Of a DNA stretch of 64,000 bases, positions 35,701 to 44,422 are shown in pieces. Both the position numbers and the translations under genes were made by a program. The notes under the pieces were generated by a model that saw nothing but the letters and a program-made list of their open reading frames with translations, did not search any database and was not told the origin of the DNA. Origin of the DNA: a virus (taxonomy: Duplodnaviria > Caudoviricetes). The stretch lies in IMG/VR virus record IMGVR_UViG_2928424016_000001, positions 1-64,000 of that record. One strand, 5' to 3'. Position 1 is the stretch's first letter; each line of letters opens with the position of its first letter.

Positions 35701-37307
35701 TGACGGCCGGGGCGGTGACCTCCGACAAGATCGCGGCGAATGCCGTGACGACGGCGGCAATTGCAGCAGGCGCGGTTTCGGCCGATCAGATTGCGGCGGG
35801 AGCGATCACCACCGACAAGATCGGCGCTGGGGCCGTGACCACCGGGAAGCTGGCGGTCGGCACGGGGGCAAACTGGTTCGTCAACTCCGATTGTCAGGCG
35901 GGAAAGACCTATTGGCTGCTGGCCGGGACCAGCGGCGGCACCTGGGAGTTTTCGGTTCGGACCACCGACAATTGGGCTCCACCGGGCGGAGCCTTCCAGA
36001 TCGTCCAGACGGATGCATCCACGGCAAGCTATTATGCCGATCTGGTGCAATGCGATGCCAATGGCGCGACCAAATATTGGGATGTGGTGGCCGGGAACTG
36101 GTATGAGGTTTCCTGCTACAGCTACGGCCATAGGGGCAGCGGCTTCTCCGCCTATCTCGTCTTCACCAAGGCGGATGGGACATGGGTAAGCGCCGGGCAG
36201 TTGTGGGGCGTCGGCGCAGCGCAGAATGGCGATCCGCAAAACAGCCTTGCCAGCTATCTGCGGCCCTGGGCGAAGGCGCAGGCTCCAGCCGGGGCCGTCA
36301 AGGCCTATGTCATCTTCCGGGCGCAGGGCTCGGCCACGGCTGGGGTCATCAACTCCTTCCTTTGGCTGACCCGGATGTATTTCGGGGAGGCGACGGCCAA
36401 CCAGTCGCAGCCGTCTGCCTGGCAACCTGCAGGGGCAACGCTGATCAATGGCGGCAGCATCGTCGCCTCGGCTATCACCACCGATCTGCTTGCAGCCAAT
36501 GCCGTCACGGCGGCAAAGCTGGCTGCGGGGTCGGTGACAGCGGACAAGATCGTGGCGGGGTCTGTTACTGCAGACAAGATTGCGGCATCCTCGATCACGG
36601 GCGACAAGATCGCCGCCAATACCATCGGCGCGAACAACATTGCAGCGAACGCGGTCACCGCCAAGCAGCTGGTGCTGACGGATTTCACCAATCTGGTGCC
36701 GGACAACCAGATGCAGGACCCGGGCAATTCGTGGTCCGGTTCGGGCTGGAGTTCGTGGACCGACGCCTATCTGGGCGGCATGGCCTCGAAATCGCAGATG
36801 CGGTTCATCTACGCGGCAGGCAGTGGTTACACCGATGGGCTGATCAGCCGGTTATTCCCGGTCACGGCCAATGCGCAGTACCGCGTCACCGGCTCGGCCT
36901 ATTCCAACGGCACTCAGGCCCCGTTGCTTCGGATCATCTGGTATAATTCCGCTGGTGCTCAGCTGAGCTATATCGACTTCGGAAACTGGGTCGGAGGCAC
37001 CGGCTCGGGCATCGTGACAGCGACGATGAACGTGACCGCTCCAGCCGGTGCCACGCAAGCCCGCGTAGCGGCTTATGTCTACCTGCCGAACACCAACAGC
37101 GATGTCTATGTCGGCGGCTTCGTCGTCAACAAACGCAACGCCGCCGACCTGATCGTCGATGGCGCGATCACCGCCAACCAGCTTTCCGTCAATTCGCTCT
37201 CCGCCATTACCGCCAATCTGGGAACCGTCACCGCCGGGGTCATTCAGGCGTCGAACGGCAAGATGGTGATCAATCTCGGGGCAGGGTCCATGGAGTGGTA
37301 CGAATGA
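32742..37307 (+). CDS. Tail tip / host-specificity protein (J-like) with duplicated receptor-binding-like modules
   Basis: 1521 aa; AVTxxK[LI]AAG-type repeats; two copies of the LTDFTNLVPDNQMQDPGNSWSG module. Confidence 0.88.
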   Translation: MVFKTVSILLFLLISADAAYAGPVGAAVAAVGSFFATGIGSMVGRVVIGLGLSLLQKALTGKNKTAAAGQVLEIKMGEDQPMSFIIGSRAVGGRRKYIGTWGSDGSTPNAFLTDVIELSNLPSYAGPQGLNSVWIDDKKCTVDWSRPHADGRGYPITEFRKNGKDYLWLKYYDGTQTAADSFLVAKFGGNADRPYASDRIGRGVQYIILTARYNTDLFSGMPTGIYEPKPTPFYDPRRDSTNGGSGTHRWNDPSTYEPTLNPITAAYNIARGIYYDGDWFYGGQNVSAHRLPNASWFAAANECDRTVNDAAQFRCGLEVTLDTEPLDVLEDLRIACAGRFAEVGGFIKPLVGAPGSAVYSFDDDGIVVSKDQDFEPFPSLKSTHNRVAGTYPEPEEKWATKDAPESRNLTLEAEDGNRSLPVSVSFAAVPYSAQVQSLIETMVKEQRRFRTHVVTLPPLAAALEPNDVVAWTSERNAYANKKFLVTANNGQSGMLRQVSLTEIDPSDYDPPETIVAPVIGWTGPVTAPVQAMTGFQVEAGSVTDADSQQRRPAIVVSCASDLDDVARVWIKIRVKATGIVVLDTDALPYGAPARWTLSGTWCLALTEYEVQGKLVPVTARETDWSAWIDVTTLNLSESSDVLDGSIVTSKLADAAVTAAKIMDEAITSLKLADDAVTTAKLAVAAVTSEILAAGAVTAAKLADAAVTATALAAGVVDATKLAASIEAVKVVTALPTSRVAAYVTYNGVSYRWNGSAYVNSVATSELTGQIISSQVADAAIQAAKLADSAVTTVKIAANAVTADQVAAGAITAKHLVLTDFTNLVPDNQMQDPGNSWSGAGWSSWSDAYLGGMASKSQMVYTYVAGQTGYSAALISRMFPVVAGAQYRVTGSSYSNGKQAPLLRIHWFTVTGAEISFSAILDVSGGSTSSYLTATVNVTAPAGAVYGRIQAYVQRSNINNHVYVGGFVVNRRNAAELIVDGSITANALTAGAVTSDKIAANAVTTAAIAAGAVSADQIAAGAITTDKIGAGAVTTGKLAVGTGANWFVNSDCQAGKTYWLLAGTSGGTWEFSVRTTDNWAPPGGAFQIVQTDASTASYYADLVQCDANGATKYWDVVAGNWYEVSCYSYGHRGSGFSAYLVFTKADGTWVSAGQLWGVGAAQNGDPQNSLASYLRPWAKAQAPAGAVKAYVIFRAQGSATAGVINSFLWLTRMYFGEATANQSQPSAWQPAGATLINGGSIVASAITTDLLAANAVTAAKLAAGSVTADKIVAGSVTADKIAASSITGDKIAANTIGANNIAANAVTAKQLVLTDFTNLVPDNQMQDPGNSWSGSGWSSWTDAYLGGMASKSQMRFIYAAGSGYTDGLISRLFPVTANAQYRVTGSAYSNGTQAPLLRIIWYNSAGAQLSYIDFGNWVGGTGSGIVTATMNVTAPAGATQARVAAYVYLPNTNSDVYVGGFVVNKRNAADLIVDGAITANQLSVNSLSAITANLGTVTAGVIQASNGKMVINLGAGSMEWYE
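35167..35697 (+). repeat. Intragenic module copy A (pairs with 36652-37176); boundaries approximate
   Basis: Near-identical first ~35 codons and shared YVGGFVVNxRNAAxLIVDG end. Confidence 0.85.
36652..37176 (+). repeat. Intragenic module copy A'; boundaries approximate
   Basis: Repeat of 35167-35697. Confidence 0.85.
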
Positions 37308-37699
37308 GCCGGGGCTTCATCAAACCGGTCAACGGCTCTTTCCGGATGCGGATCGTGAAGGCGGGCTATGACGCCAACAACTTCTCCATTCCGCAGAATG
37401 CCGTGGTCTTTGACAGCGACGCCTTGAGCTATCTTCAGGTTTTTCTGAGCGGCTCGCTTTTGATCTCCAGCGCTCAAGGAGCGGCCAAGCTGGTGACCTG
37501 GCCGTCGCTCGGCTTCATTCCCATAGCCTGGGCAGCGCACAAGAAGGACGGGGCCTATATCGCGCCGATCACCACGAACCGCACCGATTACAATATTGGC
37601 GAGGTGCTGGTGGAGGCGGATGGGCTGACGGTCGAGACCCGCAGCCTCAATTATCCGGTCTATCTCGATTATGTCGTCTGGAGGAGCCAGGCGCTATGA
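37295..37699 (+). CDS. Minor tail protein (paralog 1)
   Basis: RIVKAGYD N-terminal motif; coupled. Confidence 0.65.
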   Translation: MVRMSRGFIKPVNGSFRMRIVKAGYDANNFSIPQNAVVFDSDALSYLQVFLSGSLLISSAQGAAKLVTWPSLGFIPIAWAAHKKDGAYIAPITTNRTDYNIGEVLVEADGLTVETRSLNYPVYLDYVVWRSQAL

Positions 37700-38091
37700 C
37701 CAAGCGGGCCGTCTTCAATCCGTCCATTCCGGTTTTCCGCGTTTCGGCTCCCGGTGTCGATGTCGACAGCGCCAGCCAAAGCCAGCTGCTGCTCGATGAG
37801 CGGGTGTTTTCCGGTCAGCTTTATCTCTCCGGCTATGTGGCGCGCAATTCCCAGACCGCCCTGACCATCACCTTTCCCTCGCTCGGCTATGTGCCGGTGG
37901 TGGTGGTCAACAACGTGTTTTCCGATGGCCGGATTACCTATCCCACCGGCTACAAGACCCAGAATGGCGGGTCCACCTTTGTCGTGCCCGTCATCAACTA
38001 CACGGTCACGGCGTCTGCCATTACCTTCAACTTCGTTTCCGATGCCGCGATCACCGGGGCCTATTACATGATCTTCCGGAGGTCGCTCTGA
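37696..38091 (+). CDS. Minor tail protein (paralog 2)
   Basis: RVSAPGVD N-terminal motif. Confidence 0.65.
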   Translation: MTKRAVFNPSIPVFRVSAPGVDVDSASQSQLLLDERVFSGQLYLSGYVARNSQTALTITFPSLGYVPVVVVNNVFSDGRITYPTGYKTQNGGSTFVVPVINYTVTASAITFNFVSDAAITGAYYMIFRRSL

Positions 38092-38534
38092 TGGCGCGGG
38101 TTCGGATCGATGCCTCCGGGATCAGGATTGCCGTTGCAGGCCACAGCGTCGATGACGGCGACCAGTATCTGGCCTTTTCCAGCGGCGCGGCCTGTCTTGC
38201 AATCTATATGCGCGGCGTGGCGGCGATGAGCGGCGCGGAGACCGTGAAGATCGGCAGCGGCAACAGCGCCTTCAACTGCCGACGCCTGACGATCAGCTTC
38301 GGCAAGACCTTCTCCGCTCCGCCCATCGTGCTCTTCGGCTTCAAGATGCCGAATTACCCGCAACTGATGCTGCCGACCTACGCGATCATCTTCAGCGGCG
38401 TGGTCAGCGGCTCCACCTACTTTTCCTATCTGCCGAACTTCGTGAATGTCGGGACCAGTGCCTTCGAGTTCTGGACCGGCGTCACCAACATGGAAAGCCT
38501 CTCTTACGTCGTCCTGGAGAACACGCTGGCATGA
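38091..38534 (+). CDS. Minor tail protein (paralog 3)
   Basis: RIAVAGHS N-terminal motif. Confidence 0.65.
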   Translation: MARVRIDASGIRIAVAGHSVDDGDQYLAFSSGAACLAIYMRGVAAMSGAETVKIGSGNSAFNCRRLTISFGKTFSAPPIVLFGFKMPNYPQLMLPTYAIIFSGVVSGSTYFSYLPNFVNVGTSAFEFWTGVTNMESLSYVVLENTLA

Positions 38535-38935
38535 TCGTCTGTCACACGAACGGAACCATCTTCAACGTCCTGTCCGATCCCATTCCGGAGGGCATGGCCG
38601 AGCATCTGAGCCAGCAGGGCATCAGCTTCATTGAGGTGGAGAGCACCGAAAGCGCCCAGCATGTCTGCGCCCATTACCACGTCTTTGAAGGGTGTTTGAA
38701 CCCGCTTCAAGAGATGGACTTGCCCGCCGCAATCACACTGCAGCCGGGCGGCACCACGGTGTTCGACGGCCTGCCTGATCCGTGCACGGTGGCGATCGAT
38801 GACGAGGCGCAGACGGTGAGCGGCGGCCATCTCGAATTCGAGGCCGCCGATGCCGGGACTTATCTGCTGGTGTTCACGGCTTCCGGCTACCGGCCCAGAA
38901 CGGTGGAGGTGACGGTCGATGAAGCTGCTGCTTAA
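38531..38935 (+). CDS. Hypothetical tail-associated protein
   Basis: Coupled ORF. Confidence 0.65.
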   Translation: MIVCHTNGTIFNVLSDPIPEGMAEHLSQQGISFIEVESTESAQHVCAHYHVFEGCLNPLQEMDLPAAITLQPGGTTVFDGLPDPCTVAIDDEAQTVSGGHLEFEAADAGTYLLVFTASGYRPRTVEVTVDEAAA

Positions 38936-39314
38936 GAAGGACCTGGCGCAGGTGAGGGCCTTGGCCATCGAAGGCATTGAAGAGGCCTTCGCCGCTCTGC
39001 TCGAAGAGGTCTATCCGTCAGCCAAGTCGAAGATCTACGCGCTGAAGGAGCGGGCAGCGACCGATCTTGTCCGGTTCGGGACCTCCTCTGTTCTCACGCA
39101 ATCGGAAGCGCAGCGCACGGGCTTAAGCGAGGCCGCAGCAGCCGCACTGATCCTGGAGCGCCATGCCGAAACGGCGGCAAGGATCGCCCGCATCGAGGCG
39201 GCGCGGCTGAGCACCAAGCGCGAGATCGAGGCGGCGACATCTGCCCCTGCCATCACCCGGCTTATCGAGGCCGCCCATTCCTTCATCCAGCAACAGCGAG
39301 GCGAGAATGTATAG
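38919..39314 (+). CDS. Hypothetical tail-fibre-assembly-like protein
   Basis: Coupled ORF; IEAARLSTKREIEAA motif. Confidence 0.6.
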   Translation: MKLLLKKDLAQVRALAIEGIEEAFAALLEEVYPSAKSKIYALKERAATDLVRFGTSSVLTQSEAQRTGLSEAAAAALILERHAETAARIARIEAARLSTKREIEAATSAPAITRLIEAAHSFIQQQRGENV

Positions 39315-39912
39315 TGTGAACAGCATGTATGAAGCCATGGTCGATGGCGTGATCGTCGAGGTCACGGCTGGACGCTCCAGTCGCTGGGCTGCGATGGCGG
39401 CCTGGTGGCTCGGCCGCCAGCAGATCCTGAGCGCCCGCGACTTCTGGTACGGCGTCGCCGCCCACATGACCAATGGGCTTTCGGCGGAAGAACAGCAGTC
39501 GATCCAGGATCAGTTGTTGAGCGACGAGAAGGCCTATCTGTCCACCGTCACCGAACTGCCGGCCATTCCGGCCTTCGTCACCAGCACGATCGACGGCTGG
39601 GTCAACGTGCCGGTGTCGGATGAGGTGCTGAAGCGTCGCTACCAGCTGGCGATCCAGGAGATGATGAACGCCAAGGCGCGCGAACGCGGCTATGACAGCA
39701 TGACCACCGCCGTCACCTATTCTGGCGACAAGAATGCCACCTTCGCGGCCGAGGCTGCGGCGCTCAAAGACTGGCGCTCCGATGTCTGGGTCTATTCGCT
39801 GGCCGAGCTTGAGAAGGTGATCGCCAAGCAGCGGCCGATCCCGACCATCGCCGATTTCCTCACCGAGCTTCCGGCCTTCTCCTGGCCGACCACGCAAAGC
39901 GGCGAGGGCTGA
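39307..39912 (+). CDS. DUF4376-like tail fibre assembly protein
   Basis: AKARERGYDSM...AAALKDWRSDVW C-terminal motif. Confidence 0.65.
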   Translation: MYSVNSMYEAMVDGVIVEVTAGRSSRWAAMAAWWLGRQQILSARDFWYGVAAHMTNGLSAEEQQSIQDQLLSDEKAYLSTVTELPAIPAFVTSTIDGWVNVPVSDEVLKRRYQLAIQEMMNAKARERGYDSMTTAVTYSGDKNATFAAEAAALKDWRSDVWVYSLAELEKVIAKQRPIPTIADFLTELPAFSWPTTQSGEG

Positions 39913-39915
39913 GCC

Positions 39916-40125
39916 ATGGGCATTCTGGAAACGGCACTGCGAGAACGCAACCGGCTGCTGGAACAGCAGGCCGATCACTATGCTGGGGCAGTCGACAGCC
40001 TGTCGAACCGGCTGGCCGAGGCGCTGCGGCGGCTGGCTCCGCATGATCCGGACTATGTGCGTGCTGAAGCGCCGGACCTGGTGCCGGTCGCGAGCGACCC
40101 GCCGGAAGACACACAGGCACCATGA
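39916..40125 (+). CDS. Small hypothetical protein
   Basis: GAGG SD; coiled-coil. Confidence 0.6.
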   Translation: MGILETALRERNRLLEQQADHYAGAVDSLSNRLAEALRRLAPHDPDYVRAEAPDLVPVASDPPEDTQAP

Positions 40126-40130
40126 ACGTG

Positions 40131-40244
40131 CATCCGGCTGATGCCTCCATAGGAAGCAGCCGGGTGGTGGGGTGCTGAAACACCCCAACGACGGGCCAAA
40201 GTTTGGCGACCTAACCCGTCCGACAGCGTCAAACGATAACCGTC
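40131..40244 (+). promoter_or_regulatory. Multi-hairpin leader upstream of the methyltransferase
   Basis: Stems CATCCGGCTG/CAGCCGGGTG, GGGGTG/CACCCC, GACGGG/CCCGTC, CGAC/GTCG. Confidence 0.5.
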
Positions 40245-40298
40245 GCACCCGTACCCTGCAGGGCCGGACCTGTGTGACTGAGTCGTGAGAACTTGGAA

Positions 40299-41111
40299 AT
40301 GGCGAATCGTGAGGCCTTCCGGCCCGTTCCGAACACCCAGCCGCCGGCCGCATGGATCGGCGGCAAGCGCAGCCTTGCCCCGCGCCTGGTCAAGATGATC
40401 GAGGCCATACCGCATCAGACCTATGCCGAACCCTTCATCGGCATGGGCGGTGTGTTTTTCCGCAGGCGATCTGCACCGAAGACCGAGGTGATCAACGACC
40501 GCAACGGCGAGGTCGTGAACCTCTTCCGCATCCTGCAGCGGCACTATCCGCAGTTCATGGATACGCTCAAATTCCAGATCACCAGCCGCCGCGAGTTCGA
40601 CCGGCTGAAGGCCTGCGATCCGTCAACGCTCACCGATCTGGAACGAGCAGCGCGCTTCATCTATCTGCAAAAGCTCGCTTTCGGCGGCAAGGTCGCAGGC
40701 CAGAATTTTGGCGTGCAGCACAATGGCAGCGCCCGGTTCAACCTGACGCGCCTCGCACCGCTGCTCGAAGACGTCCACGAGCGTCTGGCCGGTGTCATCA
40801 TTGAGAACCTCGACTGGCTGGCCTTCATCAACTGCTACGACCGGCCCGGCGTGCTGTTCTATCTCGATCCGCCTTATTTCGGTTGTGAGGATGATTACGG
40901 CAAAGCGCTGTTCGCTCGGGATCAGTTCGAGGTTCTTGCAGCGCGTTTAAAGACGCTTCAAGGACGGTTTATCCTGTCGATAAATGATCGTCCGGAGGTT
41001 CGGGAGATCTTTGCGGGGTTTCCGGTGGCGGTGGCGGAGTTGTCGTATTCGGTGTCTGGCGGGAAGGGGACGGAGGCGCGGGAGTTGATTTATTGGAGTG
41101 AGGAGGGGTGA
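40299..41111 (+). CDS. DNA adenine methyltransferase, D12 class (Dam-like), at the Mu mom position
   Basis: WIGGK, YAEPFIGMGGV, VINDRN, YLDPPY motifs. Confidence 0.93.
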   Translation: MANREAFRPVPNTQPPAAWIGGKRSLAPRLVKMIEAIPHQTYAEPFIGMGGVFFRRRSAPKTEVINDRNGEVVNLFRILQRHYPQFMDTLKFQITSRREFDRLKACDPSTLTDLERAARFIYLQKLAFGGKVAGQNFGVQHNGSARFNLTRLAPLLEDVHERLAGVIIENLDWLAFINCYDRPGVLFYLDPPYFGCEDDYGKALFARDQFEVLAARLKTLQGRFILSINDRPEVREIFAGFPVAVAELSYSVSGGKGTEARELIYWSEEG

Positions 41112-41211
41112 AATTGGAAGCGCATGCTTGAGAACAGCTTTGCCTTTTCATATCGGACATAACGGGCATCCTCTAAGGAGCCAGAAAACGGACGTGCCTC
41201 TATGCGGTATC

Positions 41212-41239
41212 ATGTCGGCTGTGCGCCAACACCGGACAT
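41212..41239. repeat. REP-like imperfect palindrome (family also at 42108-42134, 42575-42601, 42620-42657)
   Basis: ATGTCGG...CCGGACAT; shared TGxCxGxT...CGGAC pattern. Confidence 0.55.
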
Positions 41240-41350
41240 TGTGCCTGCCGCAAAACTCCCTATTCTGCGTCGGCACAAAAGTCAGGAAAACAAGTGTCGC
41301 TTTAATCAGGATTTTTGCGACACCGAAAACAGGGAATCGCCCGTAAGACC

Positions 41351-41953
41351 ATGATCGACGCAGCCGCCTGCATCATAGACCTTTATCGTCGCCATGCTGG
41401 TGCATGGGCAACCGCGCGCGGCACGGTGTTGTTGGAGCGCGCATGGATCGAGCGATTTGCCGATATGCTGCGGCGAGGGGCGGCGGTGCTTGACATTGGA
41501 TGCGGATCGGGCGAGCCGATCGCCCGTTACCTTGCCACCAGAGGTCATCCGATTACTGGCGTGGACAGCTCGCCCGAGATGATCGACCTATTTCGAGCAA
41601 ATCTACCAGGCGAAACGGTGGAAGTGGCCGATATGCGCTCGCTGAAACTAGATCGGAGATATGGCGGGCTGATCACTTGGGATAGCTTCTTCCACCTTGC
41701 GCCTCACGATCAGCGCATGATGTTCCCCATCTTCCGGGACCATGCCGAACCGAAGGCTCCATTGCTATTCACAAGTGGCCCCGTCTTCGGCGAGGCCATC
41801 GGCACGCTGGGAGGGGAACCCCTCTATCATGCCAGCCTCGACCCTGAAGAATACCGCCTGCTGCTCGACCGGAACGGCTTTGAAGTTGTGGCCCATGTTG
41901 TGCAAGACGCTGACTGCGGCGGGCGCACAGTCTGGCTTGCGCGTCAGCGGTAG
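41351..41953 (+). CDS. Class I SAM-dependent methyltransferase
   Basis: VLDIGCGSG motif I; GVDSS; WDSFFHL. Confidence 0.9.
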   Translation: MIDAAACIIDLYRRHAGAWATARGTVLLERAWIERFADMLRRGAAVLDIGCGSGEPIARYLATRGHPITGVDSSPEMIDLFRANLPGETVEVADMRSLKLDRRYGGLITWDSFFHLAPHDQRMMFPIFRDHAEPKAPLLFTSGPVFGEAIGTLGGEPLYHASLDPEEYRLLLDRNGFEVVAHVVQDADCGGRTVWLARQR

Positions 41954-42206
41954 CCGTAGGATTGTCACGCAATTCCTGACAATCGCGACAGATCTACCGC
42001 GCCTAAATATGAAGAGGGAATTTCTGTCGCGCAACTCGGGTGCAAACATCAGCGTTTCGCGACCGACTTGTGCGATGGCCAATGACCGATTTGGCTTGAC
42101 AAGCGTCTTCCGCTTCGCGCCATCAGCGGACGTTGCCCTGGTCCTAGATGTCGCTATCTCTGCTATAGAGAAAACTGGCAATCTTGGTATTTTTAGCGAG
42201 GGAAAA

Positions 42207-42578
42207 ATGCATCCTGAGGAAACACTCAAGCAGTATCAAGCCAATATCAATTTGCATGATTTTGAGAAGTTGGTACCGATAATCTCTTCCGATGCGATAT
42301 TCTGGTTCAATGACGGATCATTTTGTGGACTGCAACAGATACGCCAAGCTTTTGAGGCGACTTGGCAAAATTTTCCTCTTGAAAAATATTGGTTGGAGAA
42401 CCTCAAATGGGCAACCTACTCTGACGATGCTGCCGCCTGCACTTATCATTTCCGCTGGAGAGCAGTGATTGAAAATAGACCGATTGAAGGCGGCGGCCGA
42501 GGCACCACTATTCTTCGGAGAGAAAAGGATATTTGGAAGATCGTTCACGAACACCTGAGCCAGTTCCCTAAAGAATGA
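42207..42578 (+). CDS. NTF2-like / DUF4440 protein
   Basis: GRGTTIL...WKIVHEHLS C-terminal motif. Confidence 0.85.
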   Translation: MHPEETLKQYQANINLHDFEKLVPIISSDAIFWFNDGSFCGLQQIRQAFEATWQNFPLEKYWLENLKWATYSDDAAACTYHFRWRAVIENRPIEGGGRGTTILRREKDIWKIVHEHLSQFPKE

Positions 42579-42901
42579 CCGCTTTGGGCCGAACCCGGAC
42601 AACTGCCTCTGATGCCTGAGTGTCGGTTTACGGCTTGCAACTCCCCAATATCGGACAGTCCACTTCTATCGGCCCTAAACGGTCTTTATATGGGCTTCAA
42701 ATACCCTTCAAACATTCTTCAAAAGAACCGAAACTCTTTCAAAAATCGTCGGATTTGAAGCCAGCAAGGATTTTGCTCCGGTGATTCGATATCGTCGGCG
42801 TGCAGCCAAAGCAGTTCTGGAGGGGCCATTCAAAGAAAGCCGATTGCTGGGCTTCGAGCGATTGTGGAGCGATGGTGCTGTCATCAACACAGGAGATGAC
42901 A

Positions 42902-43123
42902 ATGACCGACGAAAACAAGAAAATAGCCTTCACTTCGATGATCAAGGCCATGCAACATGAAGCGATGGACTTGATAAACCGGATCGACATTGCAGCCGTC
43001 GATATGGAGGAAAAGCGCTGCAACAGCGCTGTTGGGGCTTTATGCACGGTGGATGAAAGCCTTGAGCGCATTGCCGCCCTGCTTTCCGGTGTCAGGGCCA
43101 TTCACCGCATGACGCCATTCTGA
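42902..43123 (+). CDS. Small hypothetical protein
   Basis: AGGAG SD, 73 aa. Confidence 0.65.
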   Translation: MTDENKKIAFTSMIKAMQHEAMDLINRIDIAAVDMEEKRCNSAVGALCTVDESLERIAALLSGVRAIHRMTPF

Positions 43124-43541
43124 AACGACCGAATCGTAGAACGAAAAGGCCAAGACCGGGGCTCTTTTTTTGGATCGGGCTACTTTGATAGCCTTTTTAC
43201 AAATTTCATTTTTCCGGTTCTTGGTTGTTGTCTGACAAATAGAATTGGAAAAGGCGGGATTATCCGGGAATAACCGGGATCAACTGGAAAAGGCCGAAAA
43301 TACAAGACGTTGTGCGGAAGCAGGTGAAATCCTGACATCGCGGTTTTGACAGGCCGAACTGGAGAAAAACCGACCGCTCCCTAAGCGAGCGGCGAAATCG
43401 GGCCGATCTTCAAAGACACCTTCAAAAACCCTTAGAACGGCTTTTAGACGGCTTCAAACCGTTGAAAATCAACAACAGTGCTTTTTGGCGAGGACATCGG
43501 CGTTGGATTTTTGCAGGGCGATTTTTTGCCTGAACGTCAAT

Positions 43542-43639
43542 TTGAGGTTCCGCACTTGCGCGGAACCTCAATTTTTTTGCGAAAAATGCAATTTTATCAG
43601 ATGGATAGAAGGTTTGAGAGTGAAAAGAGGGTTCCGCAC
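43542..43639. repeat. Transposon-end-like sites GGTTCCGC(A/G)C x3 (one inverted)
   Basis: TTGAGGTTCCGC/GCGGAACCTCAA 12-bp inverted repeat plus a direct copy at 43630-43639. Confidence 0.6.
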
Positions 43640-43726
43640 AATTTTTATCCCGGCCGGTTAAGCCGCAAGAGCTCTTAACCATCCGCTTTTAGGATGAGCC
43701 GCCAAAGTTTTCAGATGGAGGGAATT

Positions 43727-44050
43727 GTGAAAGCGAGCAGCGGAATAGCAATCTTGGGCGCGGCACTGCTGGCGGGCTGCCAGGCGCAACTGAATGTCCT
43801 TGAAGCGCATGGAAACCTGAGGGTTGAAAAGTCAACGCTGCAGGGAAGCGACTATGCCGTTTATATCAAGAATGTCGTCGATTTCGGTCTGAACCCTGAC
43901 GATCGGGAAACACGGTTCAAGATTGCGACGGACTATATGAAAGCCCAGTGCCCAGCAGGCACGGTTGTCTCCAGCGATGAAATTACAACTGGACGCTACT
44001 TAACGGGCCGTGCTGCCAAGACATATATTGTCTATATCCGGTGTAGATAA
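43727..44050 (+). CDS. Lipoprotein (accessory)
   Basis: GGAGGG SD, GTG start, lipobox LLAGC. Confidence 0.75.
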   Translation: MKASSGIAILGAALLAGCQAQLNVLEAHGNLRVEKSTLQGSDYAVYIKNVVDFGLNPDDRETRFKIATDYMKAQCPAGTVVSSDEITTGRYLTGRAAKTYIVYIRCR

Positions 44051-44059
44051 ATGTGATGA

Positions 44060-44422
44060 ATGGGCCAGCAGAAATATCAGATCAAGGCCTGGAGACGGGC
44101 ATATGGCATGAAGCAGGAGGACCTGGCTCGTCGAGCTGGGTTGTCCGTCCCCACGATCTCGGCTGCAGAGCGGGCTAGGCGTGAGCCGCATCCATCCACG
44201 CTGCAGGCCATCGCCCGTGTATTTGGTCTGGACGATCCTGCAGCGCTCCGGCAGGAGCCGCCGCGCTCGGCGCCAGTGAGCGACACGCTCAGTGAGGATC
44301 TTGCGCGAGCGAGCCGGGTTATCGGCGCTTTGGCTGAGATCGCGGCCAATGACTATCGGCGAATTCCATTAGTGATGCGGGATCTGCAGAGAATGCGTGA
44401 GCAGTCTCGCATACGCCGATAA
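44060..44422 (+). CDS. XRE-family HTH protein
   Basis: MKQEDLARRAGLSVPTISAAERARREP. Confidence 0.85.
   Translation: MGQQKYQIKAWRRAYGMKQEDLARRAGLSVPTISAAERARREPHPSTLQAIARVFGLDDPAALRQEPPRSAPVSDTLSEDLARASRVIGALAEIAANDYRRIPLVMRDLQRMREQSRIRR

Larger units (their letters stand above)
2931..41111 (+). mobile_element. Transposable Mu-like prophage 1 (non-contractile tail); exact termini not resolved
   Basis: Mu gene order c-ner-A-B-gemA-activator-lysis-terminase-portal-F-I-T-tail-methylase; no integrase, no sheath. Confidence 0.93.

Noticed and set aside
35167-37176. Diversity-generating retroelement (TR/VR pair) in the tail-tip gene
   Set aside because: No reverse transcriptase in the window; both copies are in-frame coding and differ at all base types, not only adenines.
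37295-40125. Mu-type invertible G segment
   Set aside because: No serine invertase, no inverted tail genes and no flanking inverted repeats seen.
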